This document shows positions 36,868 to 46,779 of a stretch of DNA of 64,000 bases, piece after piece. Both the position numbers and the translations under genes were made by a program. Each line of letters opens with the position of its first letter. Within the stretch, counting starts at the first letter, position 1. Source of the DNA: Gammaproteobacteria bacterium (GTDB lineage Bacteria; Pseudomonadota; Gammaproteobacteria; Xanthomonadales; SZUA-5); NCBI GenBank assembly GCA_030430155.1, contig JAUIFV010000004.1:172-64171 (forward strand), read 5' to 3'. The notes under the pieces are model-generated. The model ran no database searches. It was not told the DNA's origin and worked only from the letters and a program-made list of their open reading frames with translations.

Positions 36868-38984
36868 ATGACTGCAGACACACCAGATCAGGGTTCTCGC
36901 CCGCAGCCCGCGTGGCTGCATCTGGGCCTGATCCTGCTAGCCGTCGTATTGGTGGCGCTCACCGCCCTGGTGTCGCTGCGCACCACGGCCGAGCTGAGCA
37001 ACTCCATCGAGTGGGTCTCGCATACCCAAACCGTGCGCCGGTTGATCAGCGAAACCGAAACCGCGCTCTCGCAGGCCCATTCCGACATGCGCGCCTACCT
37101 GCTTACCGGTCTTGCCGAATGGCGGGAATCCCATCTGAGCACCCGGCAGCGATTGAAGGAGAGCGCGGAGACCATCGTCGGGATGGTGGTGGACAGCGAA
37201 CCACAGACCGAAAGGGCGTTGTTCCTGATGGAGCTCCTGGACGAGCGCATCGCCGTTTGGGATCAGGCCATTGCGACCTTCAACGAAGCCGGCGAGGAGC
37301 AGGCCCGAGCCAAAGCCAGAAGCATGGGCGGATTGGGCCTGCTGGAGGCGCTTCAGGTTGAACTCGCCGCGATGGATCAGACCGAAGTGATGCTGCACGA
37401 AGCGCGCTGGGAGCAGTTGCAAAGCCAGCTCGACCAGACCCGCAGCACCATCATCATTGCCAATGGTTTCGCGCTGGTCGCCGGCGGACTGGGCTTATGG
37501 CTGCTGCGCCGCTCGCGGCGCTTCTGGGAGCAGCAGCCAGCGAGGAGAAGAGCCTGTTCCTGGCCAACATGAGCCACGAAATCCGCACCCCGATGAACGC
37601 GATTTTCGGCTTCACCCAACTACTCGGCGATCTGGTCACCGGGCCACGCCAACGTCAGTACGTGCAGGCCATTGCCGCTAGCGGGGAGTCGTTGCTCAAC
37701 CTGATCAACGACATTCTCGATCTGTCCAAGATCGAATCCGGCCAGTTGGAAATCGATCCCAAGCCCACTGACACCCGCGCGCTGGTCGACGGCGTGCTGA
37801 CCATGTTCAGTCAGCTCGCCGCAGACCGACAGCTTAGGCTGCGCGCCGACGTCGCCGCCGACGTGCCTTCCACCCTGGAGCTGGACGGCAATCGGGTCCG
37901 CCAGGTACTGACCAATCTGGTCAGCAACGCGATCAAGTACACCGATGAAGGCGGCGTGCTGCTGCGCGCCTGGTGCGAGCGCTCGGCAGATCAGCTGACC
38001 CTGCATCTGCTGGTTGAAGATAGCGGCATCGGCATCGCCAAGGACCAGCTAGGCCGGCTGTTCGAGCCCTTTGTACAGGGCGACGCCGACGGCAGCGGAC
38101 CGCGCGAAGGTACCGGACTGGGGTTGAGCATCGCCCGCCGTCTGGTCGACGCCATGAACGGCAGCATCCACGTCGCCAGCGAGCCGGGGCGCGGTTCGCT
38201 GTTCACGGTCAGCCTGCCCACTCGCGTGGCCGAAGGTTCTGCGTCGTCGCCCGGTGTGGCGCACAGCGAGCGCGATGTGGGTCTGCTGCCGCCCTTGAAG
38301 ATCCTGATCGTCGACGATGTAGAGCGCAACCGCGAGCTGCTGCAGGCGATCTTCGACGACGATAAGCACCAGCTGGCGCAGGCTGAGAACGGCGCCGAGG
38401 CGCTGGTGCTGGCGCAGCAGCTGCGTCCGGATCTAGTGCTGATGGACATTCGCATGCCGGTGCTCGATGGCCACTCCGCCTTGCGCCAGATGCGGGCGCA
38501 GAAAGGCCTGGAGCAGACCCGGGTGATCGCGGTGACCGCCTCCAGTCTGCGCATGGAGGAACGTTCGCTGCGTCAGGACTTCGACGGCTATGTGCGCAAG
38601 CCCTTCACCCGCGACGATCTGGTTGGCGAGATTGCCCGGGTGCTGGAGCTGGAGCCCGCCGCAGCGCAGGCCGAGCAGGCGGCCGACGACCAGCAGCCGC
38701 AAAGCGCCGACGATGCCCAGGCGCAGGCCGCCCTGGAGCAGCTGCAGGCCTGGAGCGGTGAGCGCTGGCAGGCCCTCAGCGACACCCTGTCGATGCGCGA
38801 AATCGGCGTCTTCGCCGACCAGGTGGCGGTGGAAGCGAAGATCGCCGGTAGCCGAGCGCTGCTGCAATACGCGCAGCGACTGCGCAGCGCCGTCGAGCTG
38901 TTTGACGTGCTGCAGGTGGAGTCGCTGCTGTCCCAGTACCCCAGTCACGTCGGCAGCGCTGCCGGGACCAAGGAGGCGTTGTGA
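36868..38984 (+). pseudogene. CHASE3 hybrid sensor kinase split by a frameshift
   Basis: TM-CHASE3 (WVSHT, RAYLLTG)-TM in ORF 36865-37572; HisKA (FLANMSHEIRTP), HATPase and REC in another frame (37497-38984); switch near 37530-37540. Confidence 0.8.
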
Positions 38985-40156
38985 AGACTCTGCCCGAACC
39001 GCTACAGGTGCGCGCGCCGGTAATCCTGGCGGTCGATGATCAGGAACCGAATATCCGCTTGGTCGGTACAGTGCTGAGCGCCGCCGGCTACGACGTGATT
39101 CCGGCGCTGAATGGCAAACAGGCGCTGGCGCGCAGCGCCGCGCGAACGCCGGATCTGGTGCTGCTGGACATGCGCATGCCCGGCATGGACGGATTCGAGG
39201 TGGCCGAGGAGCTGCGTCGCAATCCAGCCACCGCCAAGGTGCCGGTGATCTTCCTCACTGCGGCCAGTGAACGTGAGTCGCTGGTGCGTGCCTTCTCCAG
39301 CGGCGCGGTGGACTACATCGTCAAGCCCTTCGTGGCCGAGGAGCTGACCGCCAGGGTACGCGCGCACGTCGGCCTGAAGCTGGCCCGTGATCATCTGGAA
39401 CGGGTGGCCCGCGAGCGCGAGGAAATTGTCGCGCTGGTCGCCCATGATCTGAAGAACCCGCTGTCGTCGATACGCTTCAGCACTCAGCTGCTGCGGCGGG
39501 CCAGCGCCGACTCTGAGCGTGCTGAGCGGCTGATCGGCTCCATCGCACAGTCGGCTGACCGCGGTCTGGCCCAGATTCAGCGCTACCTGAGCAAGCGCGA
39601 GGACGTCGAATTGCGCCGCAACATGTCGCTCAGTGCGGTGCGGCTGGATGACGCTCTACGCTACGCCTGCGATCGCTTCAGCGTACAGGCCGAGGCGCGC
39701 GCGATAAGCCTGGATTGCGAAAACTTTGCCGACGTCAGCGTGATGGCTGACGTCGACGCGCTGGCCCACGTGCTCGACAACCTGATTTCCAACGCCCTCA
39801 AACACTCACCCGAGCAAACCAGCGTGGCGGTGCTGATGGGCGGCGGCTCGGCGGGCAACGCGCGCATCGCGGTGCTGGATCGCGGTCCGGGCGTGTCCAA
39901 GGAGCGGCAGCAGCAGCTGTTCCGTCGCTTCGTACGATTAGGCGATGGCGAGCAGGCGCAGCCCGAATCCACCGGGCTGGGCCTGGCGCTGGCCAAGCAG
40001 GATGTTGAGCAAATGGGCGGCTCGCTTTGGTACGAGGATCGGCCCGAAGGTGGTGCCGCATTCATCCTGGAACTGCCGCTGGCCGAGCGCGTCGCCGAGC
40101 AAGGCAATGCGGCGAGCATGCCGGCGACAGACGGTGAGTGTGGCGACTGCGAATGA
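38981..40156 (+). CDS. Cytoplasmic hybrid response regulator - histidine kinase
   Basis: VDD, LLDMRMP, KPF; AHDLKNPL; NLISNALKH, DRGPG, GLGL. Confidence 0.9.
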   Translation: MKTLPEPLQVRAPVILAVDDQEPNIRLVGTVLSAAGYDVIPALNGKQALARSAARTPDLVLLDMRMPGMDGFEVAEELRRNPATAKVPVIFLTAASERESLVRAFSSGAVDYIVKPFVAEELTARVRAHVGLKLARDHLERVAREREEIVALVAHDLKNPLSSIRFSTQLLRRASADSERAERLIGSIAQSADRGLAQIQRYLSKREDVELRRNMSLSAVRLDDALRYACDRFSVQAEARAISLDCENFADVSVMADVDALAHVLDNLISNALKHSPEQTSVAVLMGGGSAGNARIAVLDRGPGVSKERQQQLFRRFVRLGDGEQAQPESTGLGLALAKQDVEQMGGSLWYEDRPEGGAAFILELPLAERVAEQGNAASMPATDGECGDCE

Positions 40157-41270
40157 CGGCAGCTCGCCGCAGCTGGGCGCCGTACAGCGCGCCGCGCTGC
40201 GCCGGCTCGGGCTGACGCTGTACAGCAGCGGCGACGACTACTACACCGCGCTGGCCGCAGATTTGCGCAGCGCGCGCACCTACATCCGCCTGGAGTGCTA
40301 CATCTACGCCAGCGACGAGGTGGGAACGCCGCTGCTGGAAATACTCATCGATCGTGCCCGCGCCGGCTGCAGGGTGCAGCTGCGTATCGACGGCTTTGGT
40401 TCGCATGACGTCTTCGACACGGGCTGGGAAGAGCCGCTGCGCCAGGCCGGCGTGGAGCTGGAATGGTGTCGACGCTGGTCCTGGCGGCAGCCCTTTCAGT
40501 ATCACCGTCGCAACCATCGCAAGCTGGCGGTCATCGATGACCAATGCTTCTACCTCGGCGGCTTCAATATCCAACGTGAGTGCTCGCAGCGTGCGGTCGG
40601 CGCGGCGCACTGGCGGGACACCCATCTGCGCGTCACCGGCCCCCTGGTTGCTGCGGCGGCGACCGCCTTCGATCAGTATCAGGCGCGACAGCGCTGGTGG
40701 CGACGGCCGGGTCGCAACCGCGCCGATCTGGGCTACCTGGTACCCAATCTGGGGTTGCGCCGGCGTTTCCTGCTCTATCGATTGTATCGCCGGCGTATCG
40801 CGGCAGCCCGACAGCGCCTTTGGGTGACTACGCCCTACTTCGTGCCGCCGGCCAGCCTGCAGCGGGCTCTGGTCAAGGCGGCCAAACGCGGTGTGGACGT
40901 GCGGGTGCTGGTGCCCAGGCGCATCGACATTGCGCTGGTGCAGTGGGCCAGCCGTGCCGCCTATGCGAGGCTGCTGCGCGGCGGGGTCAAGGTCTACGAG
41001 TATCTGCCGCGCATGCTGCACGCCAAGATCGTGCAGATCGACGATGATTGGGTGGCGGTGGGCACGGCGAACATGGACTACCGCTCGCTATTCATCAACG
41101 ACGAGTTGGTGCTGGTGCTGCGTCAGGCCGAAGCGGGCGATGCGCTGGCCGATCACTACCAGCAGGACTTGGCGCTGTCGGAGCAGATCTGCGCCTCGGG
41201 CTGGTCGCGGCGACCCTGGCTGGGCTGGCTGGCCGAGCTGATCGGCTGGCTGGCGCGGCGCTGGCTGTAG
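40140..41270 (+). CDS. Phospholipase D family cardiolipin synthase, ClsB-like
   Basis: Two HKD motifs (HRKLAVID, HAKIVQID), GGFNI, WRDT, TPYFVP; no N-terminal TMs; start approximate. Confidence 0.85.
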   Translation: MATANDGSSPQLGAVQRAALRRLGLTLYSSGDDYYTALAADLRSARTYIRLECYIYASDEVGTPLLEILIDRARAGCRVQLRIDGFGSHDVFDTGWEEPLRQAGVELEWCRRWSWRQPFQYHRRNHRKLAVIDDQCFYLGGFNIQRECSQRAVGAAHWRDTHLRVTGPLVAAAATAFDQYQARQRWWRRPGRNRADLGYLVPNLGLRRRFLLYRLYRRRIAAARQRLWVTTPYFVPPASLQRALVKAAKRGVDVRVLVPRRIDIALVQWASRAAYARLLRGGVKVYEYLPRMLHAKIVQIDDDWVAVGTANMDYRSLFINDELVLVLRQAEAGDALADHYQQDLALSEQICASGWSRRPWLGWLAELIGWLARRWL

Positions 41271-41286
41271 CAACGGGAGAGAGTCG

Positions 41287-42291
41287 ATGACCATGCGTTT
41301 GATGCAGATCCACGTGCCCAATGAGCGCTGCGATTGGCTGGCCGAGCAGTTGGACACGTTGCAAGTGGTCGGTCGCTGGCAGGACTCCGGCGACGAGCAG
41401 CGTCAGGTGGTCCATGTGCTGGCCCGCGCCGAGCAGACCGAAGCGGTAATGGATCTGCTTGAGGAGCAGCTGGACGACGAAGAGGATCTAAGGGTTCTGC
41501 TGTTTGCGGTCGAGGCGGTGTTGCCGCGACCACAGGTCGACGACCAGCCCGAGGACGACGCCGATCCAGCAGAGAAGGTCATCGCCAGCGGTCGAGTCAG
41601 TCGCGAAGAGCTGTATGGCGATCTCTCCGACAGTCTGGGGTTGACCCGGGTGTATCTGGCTACCACCAGCCTGTCGGCGCTGGTCGCGGCGATCGGATTG
41701 CTGCGTGATGACGTGGCGGTGATCATTGGCGCGATGGTGATCGCGCCGCTGCTGGGGCCGCTGGTGGCGCTGTCGCTGGCCAGCATACTCGGCGATTTGC
41801 AGCTGTTGCGGCGCGCACTGATCACCGGCGGCAGCGGCGTGGCGCTGGCCTTTGCCCTGGCCGCGCTGATCGGGCTGCTGGTGCCGGTGGATGCGCAGAT
41901 CGAGGCAATTGCCAGGCGCAGCTCGCTGTCGATCTCCGACATCGCTCTGGCGCTGGCCGCCGGCGCCGCCGGCGCCTTTGCCTTCACTCGCGGCATCTCT
42001 GCGGCGTTGATCGGGGTGATGGTGGCGGTGGCGCTGATGCCGCCGCTGGTCGCCGCCGGGCTGCAGCTGGGCGCCGGGCTCTATACTGAGGGAGCGGGAG
42101 CGCTGGCGCTGTGCGCAGTCAATATCGCCTGCGTCAACCTGGCCGGCGTCGGCACTTTCCTCGCCCAGGGCATCCGCCCGCGGACCTGGTGGGAAGAGGA
42201 GCGGGCCAAGTCGGCGGTGCGCTGGTCCAGCGCGCTTAATCTGAGCGTACTGCTGGCCCTGATTGCGCTGCTGTACTACCTGCCGGGATAG
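41287..42291 (+). CDS. TIGR00341/DUF389 family membrane protein
   Basis: RVSREEL, IIGAMVIAPLLGP, GVMVAVALMPP. Confidence 0.85.
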   Translation: MTMRLMQIHVPNERCDWLAEQLDTLQVVGRWQDSGDEQRQVVHVLARAEQTEAVMDLLEEQLDDEEDLRVLLFAVEAVLPRPQVDDQPEDDADPAEKVIASGRVSREELYGDLSDSLGLTRVYLATTSLSALVAAIGLLRDDVAVIIGAMVIAPLLGPLVALSLASILGDLQLLRRALITGGSGVALAFALAALIGLLVPVDAQIEAIARRSSLSISDIALALAAGAAGAFAFTRGISAALIGVMVAVALMPPLVAAGLQLGAGLYTEGAGALALCAVNIACVNLAGVGTFLAQGIRPRTWWEEERAKSAVRWSSALNLSVLLALIALLYYLPG

Positions 42292-42330
42292 GCAGCATGC
42301 GCCGACAACCGCGGCTTCGGGCGATGGTCA

Positions 42331-42446
42331 TGCAGAGCGCACGAGTTGCCTCGACCAACCTTGCACGATGCCGCGCGATGTTTGCTCCAACTGCTCGCCG
42401 AAACGGCGTCGCGCCTAGGCTTGCCGCGATTGGCATGGGCCTTGCT
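42331..42446 (+). promoter_or_regulatory. sigma54 promoter with upstream activator sites
   Basis: Canonical TGGCATGGGCCTTGCT at 42431; TGCAGAGCGCA at 42331 and TGCACGATGCC at 42362. Confidence 0.7.
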
Positions 42447-42515
42447 CCATTCCTGGCGAGCCGACTGCCGGCACTCACGCCGCGCGGCCCTTCACTGGCA
42501 ACCAAGGAGAACGAC

Positions 42516-42869
42516 ATGAACGCAGAACGGAACAACGACCAGCCCACCGCGATCGATCAGACCCGTCGTCATCTGCGCAGCGCTGCCAAGCATGCAGGCG
42601 AAGCGGTGAAGAGCGCCAGCGACGCCGCTCGCGAAGAGCTGAGCCAAGGCAGCGCCAAGGTCAAGGCCGATCTGAATCAGGCCGGTCAGGCCGGTGGCGC
42701 AGCTGCCACTCAGGCCCGGCAGAGCGCCGAAGCGCAGCTGCAGGCCGCTCTTGCCCAGGGCAAGGCGCAAACCGCCAAGGTCGAAGAGCTGATACGCAAG
42801 CACCCGCTGGCCTCCTTCGGCGTCGCCCTGGGCAGCGGCTATTTGCTGGCCCGCCTGCTGCGTCGCTAG
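42516..42869 (+). CDS. ElaB/YqjD/DUF883-like protein
   Basis: Ala-rich helical body; IRKHPLASFGVALGSGYLL C-terminal anchor; AAGGAG RBS. Confidence 0.8.
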   Translation: MNAERNNDQPTAIDQTRRHLRSAAKHAGEAVKSASDAAREELSQGSAKVKADLNQAGQAGGAAATQARQSAEAQLQAALAQGKAQTAKVEELIRKHPLASFGVALGSGYLLARLLRR

Positions 42870-42875
42870 CCGGCG

Positions 42876-43307
42876 ATGGCGGTGAGCGGCCAGCCGCAGC
42901 TGTCGACTCCGGTCGAAGCACTCGGCGCGCATCCAGACCGGAGCGCGCCGAGCATCGGCCAGGAGGCCGGAATCGAAAGCCTCGGGCAAACCGCAGTCGC
43001 GCTGTATCGACTGCTGATTGCCGACCTGAGGCTCAGCGCCAACGGTCTGGCCCATGCGTTGTTCTACGCCGCGCTGGCGGTGATCGCCCTGGCCTTCGTG
43101 GCCTTGTTCGGGTCGGCACTGCTGGTGCTGAGCCTCAATGCCCTGGGGCTGTCCTGGGTGGGCGCGCTGGCGGTAACGACGGCGATGGCTGTGGCGACCA
43201 CCGTTGGCTTCTGGCTGCTGTGCAAGCGCGCCCTGGCCTTGACCGGGCTCGCTGCCAGCCAGCGCCAGTTCAATCAGATGATCGCTGCGCTGGCAGCGGA
43301 GGAGTAG
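42876..43307 (+). CDS. YqjE-like two-TM membrane protein
   Basis: Two TMs, position after the DUF883 gene as in yqjDE. Confidence 0.6.
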   Translation: MAVSGQPQLSTPVEALGAHPDRSAPSIGQEAGIESLGQTAVALYRLLIADLRLSANGLAHALFYAALAVIALAFVALFGSALLVLSLNALGLSWVGALAVTTAMAVATTVGFWLLCKRALALTGLAASQRQFNQMIAALAAEE

Positions 43308-43311
43308 CGAG

Positions 43312-43755
43312 GTGGGACTGCGCAAGCTGCAGCGCGAACTCTCTGATGCCGAGCAGGCCGTGACGGAGAAACGCCAACAGGCCGGGGCCTTTGTCGACGC
43401 CAGCACACGGCGCGTCAAGGGCTGGTTCGGACCCTGGCGTATCGTCGCCGCCGGCGGTTTGGTCGGCGCTGTCGCCGGCTGGCGTGGGAGCGACGCCTCG
43501 TCCGGTGGCGACCAGGCGACAGCGCCTGCCCCCGCACCGCGGACCGAGCCCCAAGTAGAGATGGGTGACAGGTTCTCCGCCGTGATCGAGCAGGCCACCT
43601 CGGTGGTGCAGCTGATCTCGCTGGCCGCACCGCTGGTTGCTCAATACGCGCCATTGTTCGGAGCGCATGACGCTGCCACACACGGCAGCGCTGGAGAGCC
43701 GGCCGCGGATGACCAGGGCGTCACTGCGGCGGAGACATCAGTGAGCGCTGATTAG
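43312..43755 (+). CDS. Hypothetical protein (yqjK position)
   Basis: GGAG RBS; coiled N-terminus, PWRIVAAGGLVG hydrophobic segment. Confidence 0.6.
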   Translation: MGLRKLQRELSDAEQAVTEKRQQAGAFVDASTRRVKGWFGPWRIVAAGGLVGAVAGWRGSDASSGGDQATAPAPAPRTEPQVEMGDRFSAVIEQATSVVQLISLAAPLVAQYAPLFGAHDAATHGSAGEPAADDQGVTAAETSVSAD

Positions 43756-43790
43756 GTCTTGGCCGTCAGTGTGCCGGCGCGAAGCGTCAG

Positions 43791-43874
43791 TGGCGGGCAC
43801 GCTGCGCTTTGCCCACCCTACTTAGGCGGCAATCGCGAGGAATCGTAGGTTGGGCAAAGCGCAGCGTGCCCGAC
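43791..43874. repeat. REP pair, family B
   Basis: GGGCACGCTGCGCTTTGCCCACCCTAC and GTAGGTTGGGCAAAGCGCAGCGTGCCCG; same family as 5897. Confidence 0.85.
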
Positions 43875-43932
43875 GCGCGGACTCAAAGTGCCGCGCCGCC
43901 TCAGAACGTACCAGCGAGGCGACGCTCTTGCT

Positions 43933-44040
43933 CCCTGGGCCCTAAGCCCTGGGCCCTGGGCCCTGGGCCCTTGGACGTGAGCCTACATACCCCCGAATCT
44001 GCAAAAGCCCTCAGCCCTCAGCCCTCAGCCCTCAGCCCTC
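43933..44040. repeat. Heptamer arrays (CCCTGGG)5 and (GCCCTCA)5
   Basis: 43933-43971 and 44007-44040; the second contains the stop codon of the next gene. Confidence 0.85.
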
Positions 44041-45576
44041 GTTCTCGCCCTCAGCCCCGCCTTTCCAGCGCAGCTCATACAGCTCCGGCAGTCGATCCTT
44101 GAGTATGGTTACCGTGCCGTGCTCGTGCAGCTTGTGCAGCAAATCCAGATTCACTTCGGCGACCAGCAGGGCCTCGCTGTTGGCGGCGGTCTGGCTGATG
44201 ATGGAGTCGCCGGGGAAGGCGAAATCCGACGGCGTGAACACCGCCGACTGCGCGTAGTGGGTGTCGGTGGCCTGGACCTTGGGTAAGTTGCCTACCGCAC
44301 CGGCGATGGCCACATAGCACTCGTTCTCGATCGCGCGTGCCTGGGTGCACAAGCGGACCCGCTGGTAGCCGTTCTGCATCTCGGTCAAGAACGGCACGAA
44401 CAGCATCTTCATGCCCTGCTCGGCAAGCAGCCGGGAGAGTTCGGGAAACTCGCTGTCGTAGCAGATCAGTATGCCGATCTTGCCGCAGTCGGTATCCAGC
44501 GCCTGCAGCTTGTCGCCACCCTTCATGCCCCACCAGCGCCGCTCACCCGGGGTGATGTGGATCTTGCGCTGCTCGGCACGGCTGCCGTCACGACGCAGCA
44601 GATAGGCCACGTTGTAGAGGCCGCCGTTCTCCAGCAGCGGCAGGCTGCCGGAAATGATGTTGACGTTGTAGTTGACCGCCAACTCGCTGAGCCGGTCGCA
44701 GATGGCCGGGGTGTATTCGGCCAGACGGCGTATCGCATCGGCGGGCGTGGCGGCGCCGAAGCCGGACATCATGCCCATGTGGAACAGCTCCGGGAAAAGC
44801 ACGAAATCGGCGCGCACCTCGCCCATTGCGTCAACATAGAACTCGGTCTGCTGCAGCAACGAATCCAATGAGGAAATCGGCCGCATCAGCCACTGCACCA
44901 GGCCGATGCGCACCAGCGCGTTGTGCCGCTTGAGCAGATTCGGCGAGTCCTGATAGTAGATGTTGTTCCACTCCACCAAGGTGGCGTATTCGCCGGGCTG
45001 ATCATCGAAGCGCTGGTAGTGGCTGAGCAGCTTGCGGACGTGAAAGCCGTTGCCGATCTGGAAGCTGAGCACCGGATCGTAGAGGTCCTTGCTGCTGACC
45101 TTCTCGATGTATTCCTTGGGGCTGAGGCTGTCGGCATGTTCGGTGTAGCCCGGAATCCGACCGCCGCTGATGATGGCGCGCAGCCCCAGGTTTTCGCACA
45201 GCCCTTTGCGCGCCTCATAGAGCCGACGAGCCAGGCGCATGTCGCGATACTCCGGGTCGACCATGATGTCCAGGCCGTAGAGCACGTCACCATTGCGGTC
45301 GTGATTGGAAAAGCGTCGCTGGTCGGTGATCTCGGCAAAGCTGTGCGAGTCGCCGAACTTGCCGTAGTCGACGATCATGCTCAGCGCGAAGGCCACCGCA
45401 CGATCGCCGACGGTGACGCAGAGCTGCCCTTCAGGGAACAGGTCCAGCAGCTTGCCGATCTGCTGCCTGGCCCAGGTCTTGGCGCTGGCGCGGTCGTAGG
45501 CCGCAGCGGCGACTTCACTCAGGGCGTCGTAGTCCTCGGCACGCAGATTGCGGACCTCGATGATGTCCTCGGTCAT
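44032..45576 (-). CDS. Bifunctional GNAT / carbon-nitrogen hydrolase (nitrilase superfamily)
   Basis: FPEGQ, VDPEYR..RLARRLY, GGRIPGY; nitrilase triad FPE, QRKIH, ICYD.EFPE. Confidence 0.9.
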   Translation of the reverse strand: MTEDIIEVRNLRAEDYDALSEVAAAAYDRASAKTWARQQIGKLLDLFPEGQLCVTVGDRAVAFALSMIVDYGKFGDSHSFAEITDQRRFSNHDRNGDVLYGLDIMVDPEYRDMRLARRLYEARKGLCENLGLRAIISGGRIPGYTEHADSLSPKEYIEKVSSKDLYDPVLSFQIGNGFHVRKLLSHYQRFDDQPGEYATLVEWNNIYYQDSPNLLKRHNALVRIGLVQWLMRPISSLDSLLQQTEFYVDAMGEVRADFVLFPELFHMGMMSGFGAATPADAIRRLAEYTPAICDRLSELAVNYNVNIISGSLPLLENGGLYNVAYLLRRDGSRAEQRKIHITPGERRWWGMKGGDKLQALDTDCGKIGILICYDSEFPELSRLLAEQGMKMLFVPFLTEMQNGYQRVRLCTQARAIENECYVAIAGAVGNLPKVQATDTHYAQSAVFTPSDFAFPGDSIISQTAANSEALLVAEVNLDLLHKLHEHGTVTILKDRLPELYELRWKGGAEGENEG

Positions 45577-45803
45577 GTTCGCTCCAGTAGGGCTGGCTGA
45601 CTCTCAGTATAGAGAGGCCGTCGCCAGGCACCGTCAATCCAGCCGTCAGCTGGCCGCGGTCGCCACATCACGGACCAGAAATTGCCTTTCCAACTGGGCT
45701 GACGGGGATTGGTCCCAGCAGCCGGGGGCTTGCTCCCGCGACCCAAATATCGCGATTTCCCGGCGCTAGGCTGTGCCCCGACTGACACCCACGGAGAGCC
45801 CTC

Positions 45804-46610
45804 ATGAGTACCTTACTGCCCCTACGCAGAGCCACAGCACTGTTCGCCCTGGTGGCCATAGGCGCAGCCGCGCCGCTGCAAGCGGAGATCATCGATATCT
45901 CGGTACGCAGCAACATCTTCATCCCAAACGATGTGACCATCAAAGCCGGTGATTCGCTGCGCTTCCGCAACCAGGGCGGCGGTTTTCACGACGTCGTTGC
46001 GGACGACGGCAGTTGGGGCCTGGCCCAGCCCTCAACCGCAAACTGGACGCTGACTCGCCGTTTCGACAATGTCGGCGTGGAGTTCGCCCACTGTTCGGTG
46101 CACAGCCAGCCTGGACAGCCGATCAGCTTGTCGAATATGAACATCAAGATCACCATCGAACCCGATGACACCCCGCCGCCGCCCAGCTTCGCGATAAATC
46201 AGGGCCTGTCCGGCGCCTGGTTCAATCCGGCCACCAGCGGCCAGGGCATCCTGTTCGACATCGAGCCCAACACCAGCTTCTTGTTCGGCGCCATCTTCAC
46301 CTACGAAACCGCGACTGCGGCGAAGCTGGGTGCGCCGGAACATCGCTGGCTGACCGTGCAGGGCAACTACAGCGGCAACGCCGCCCAGTTGCCGATCTTC
46401 GTCACCAGCGGGGGCGTCTTTGATCAGCCCATTGCCACCACGACTGCACCCATCGGTACCGCGACGATCACCTTCGACAGCTGCACCGCGGCGTCTATCG
46501 CCTACGTGATCGATGATCCACCGTTGACCGGCACCATCCCACTGCAGCGCGTGATCCCCGGAACCGAGGCCCTGTGCGCGCAGCTGGCTACCCCAACCGG
46601 CGCCGAATAG
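45804..46610 (+). CDS. Secreted cupredoxin (type 1 Cu) with C-terminal SGAWFNP domain
   Basis: Signal peptide; F.P..VTIKAGD, HDV, C-x2-H...M ligands; ~135 aa C-terminal domain. Confidence 0.8.
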   Translation: MSTLLPLRRATALFALVAIGAAAPLQAEIIDISVRSNIFIPNDVTIKAGDSLRFRNQGGGFHDVVADDGSWGLAQPSTANWTLTRRFDNVGVEFAHCSVHSQPGQPISLSNMNIKITIEPDDTPPPPSFAINQGLSGAWFNPATSGQGILFDIEPNTSFLFGAIFTYETATAAKLGAPEHRWLTVQGNYSGNAAQLPIFVTSGGVFDQPIATTTAPIGTATITFDSCTAASIAYVIDDPPLTGTIPLQRVIPGTEALCAQLATPTGAE

Positions 46611-46620
46611 CAAGCCTTTC

Positions 46621-46687
46621 GCGGCGCAGCGTCTGCAGCCTACCTCGCACTCCCCGTCGCACGCAGGTTGCAGGCGCTGACGCCGCG
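46621..46687. repeat. Long hairpin between the cupredoxin paralogs
   Basis: GCGGCGCAGCGTCTGCAGCCT ... AGGTTGCAGGCGCTGACGCCGC. Confidence 0.6.
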
Positions 46688-46779
46688 TTTTCATCGCCAC
46701 GGGCCCCAACTGAGACCCACCCCACTGCGCCCAGGTCACCATCGCGCTAAGCTGCAGACTGATGCAGCAGCGGGGTGGG

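Noticed and set aside
42876-43307. Prophage remnant (holin-like annotation of YqjE; Gtr cassette)
   Set aside because: No integrase, structural or lysin genes; yqjDE-like context explains it
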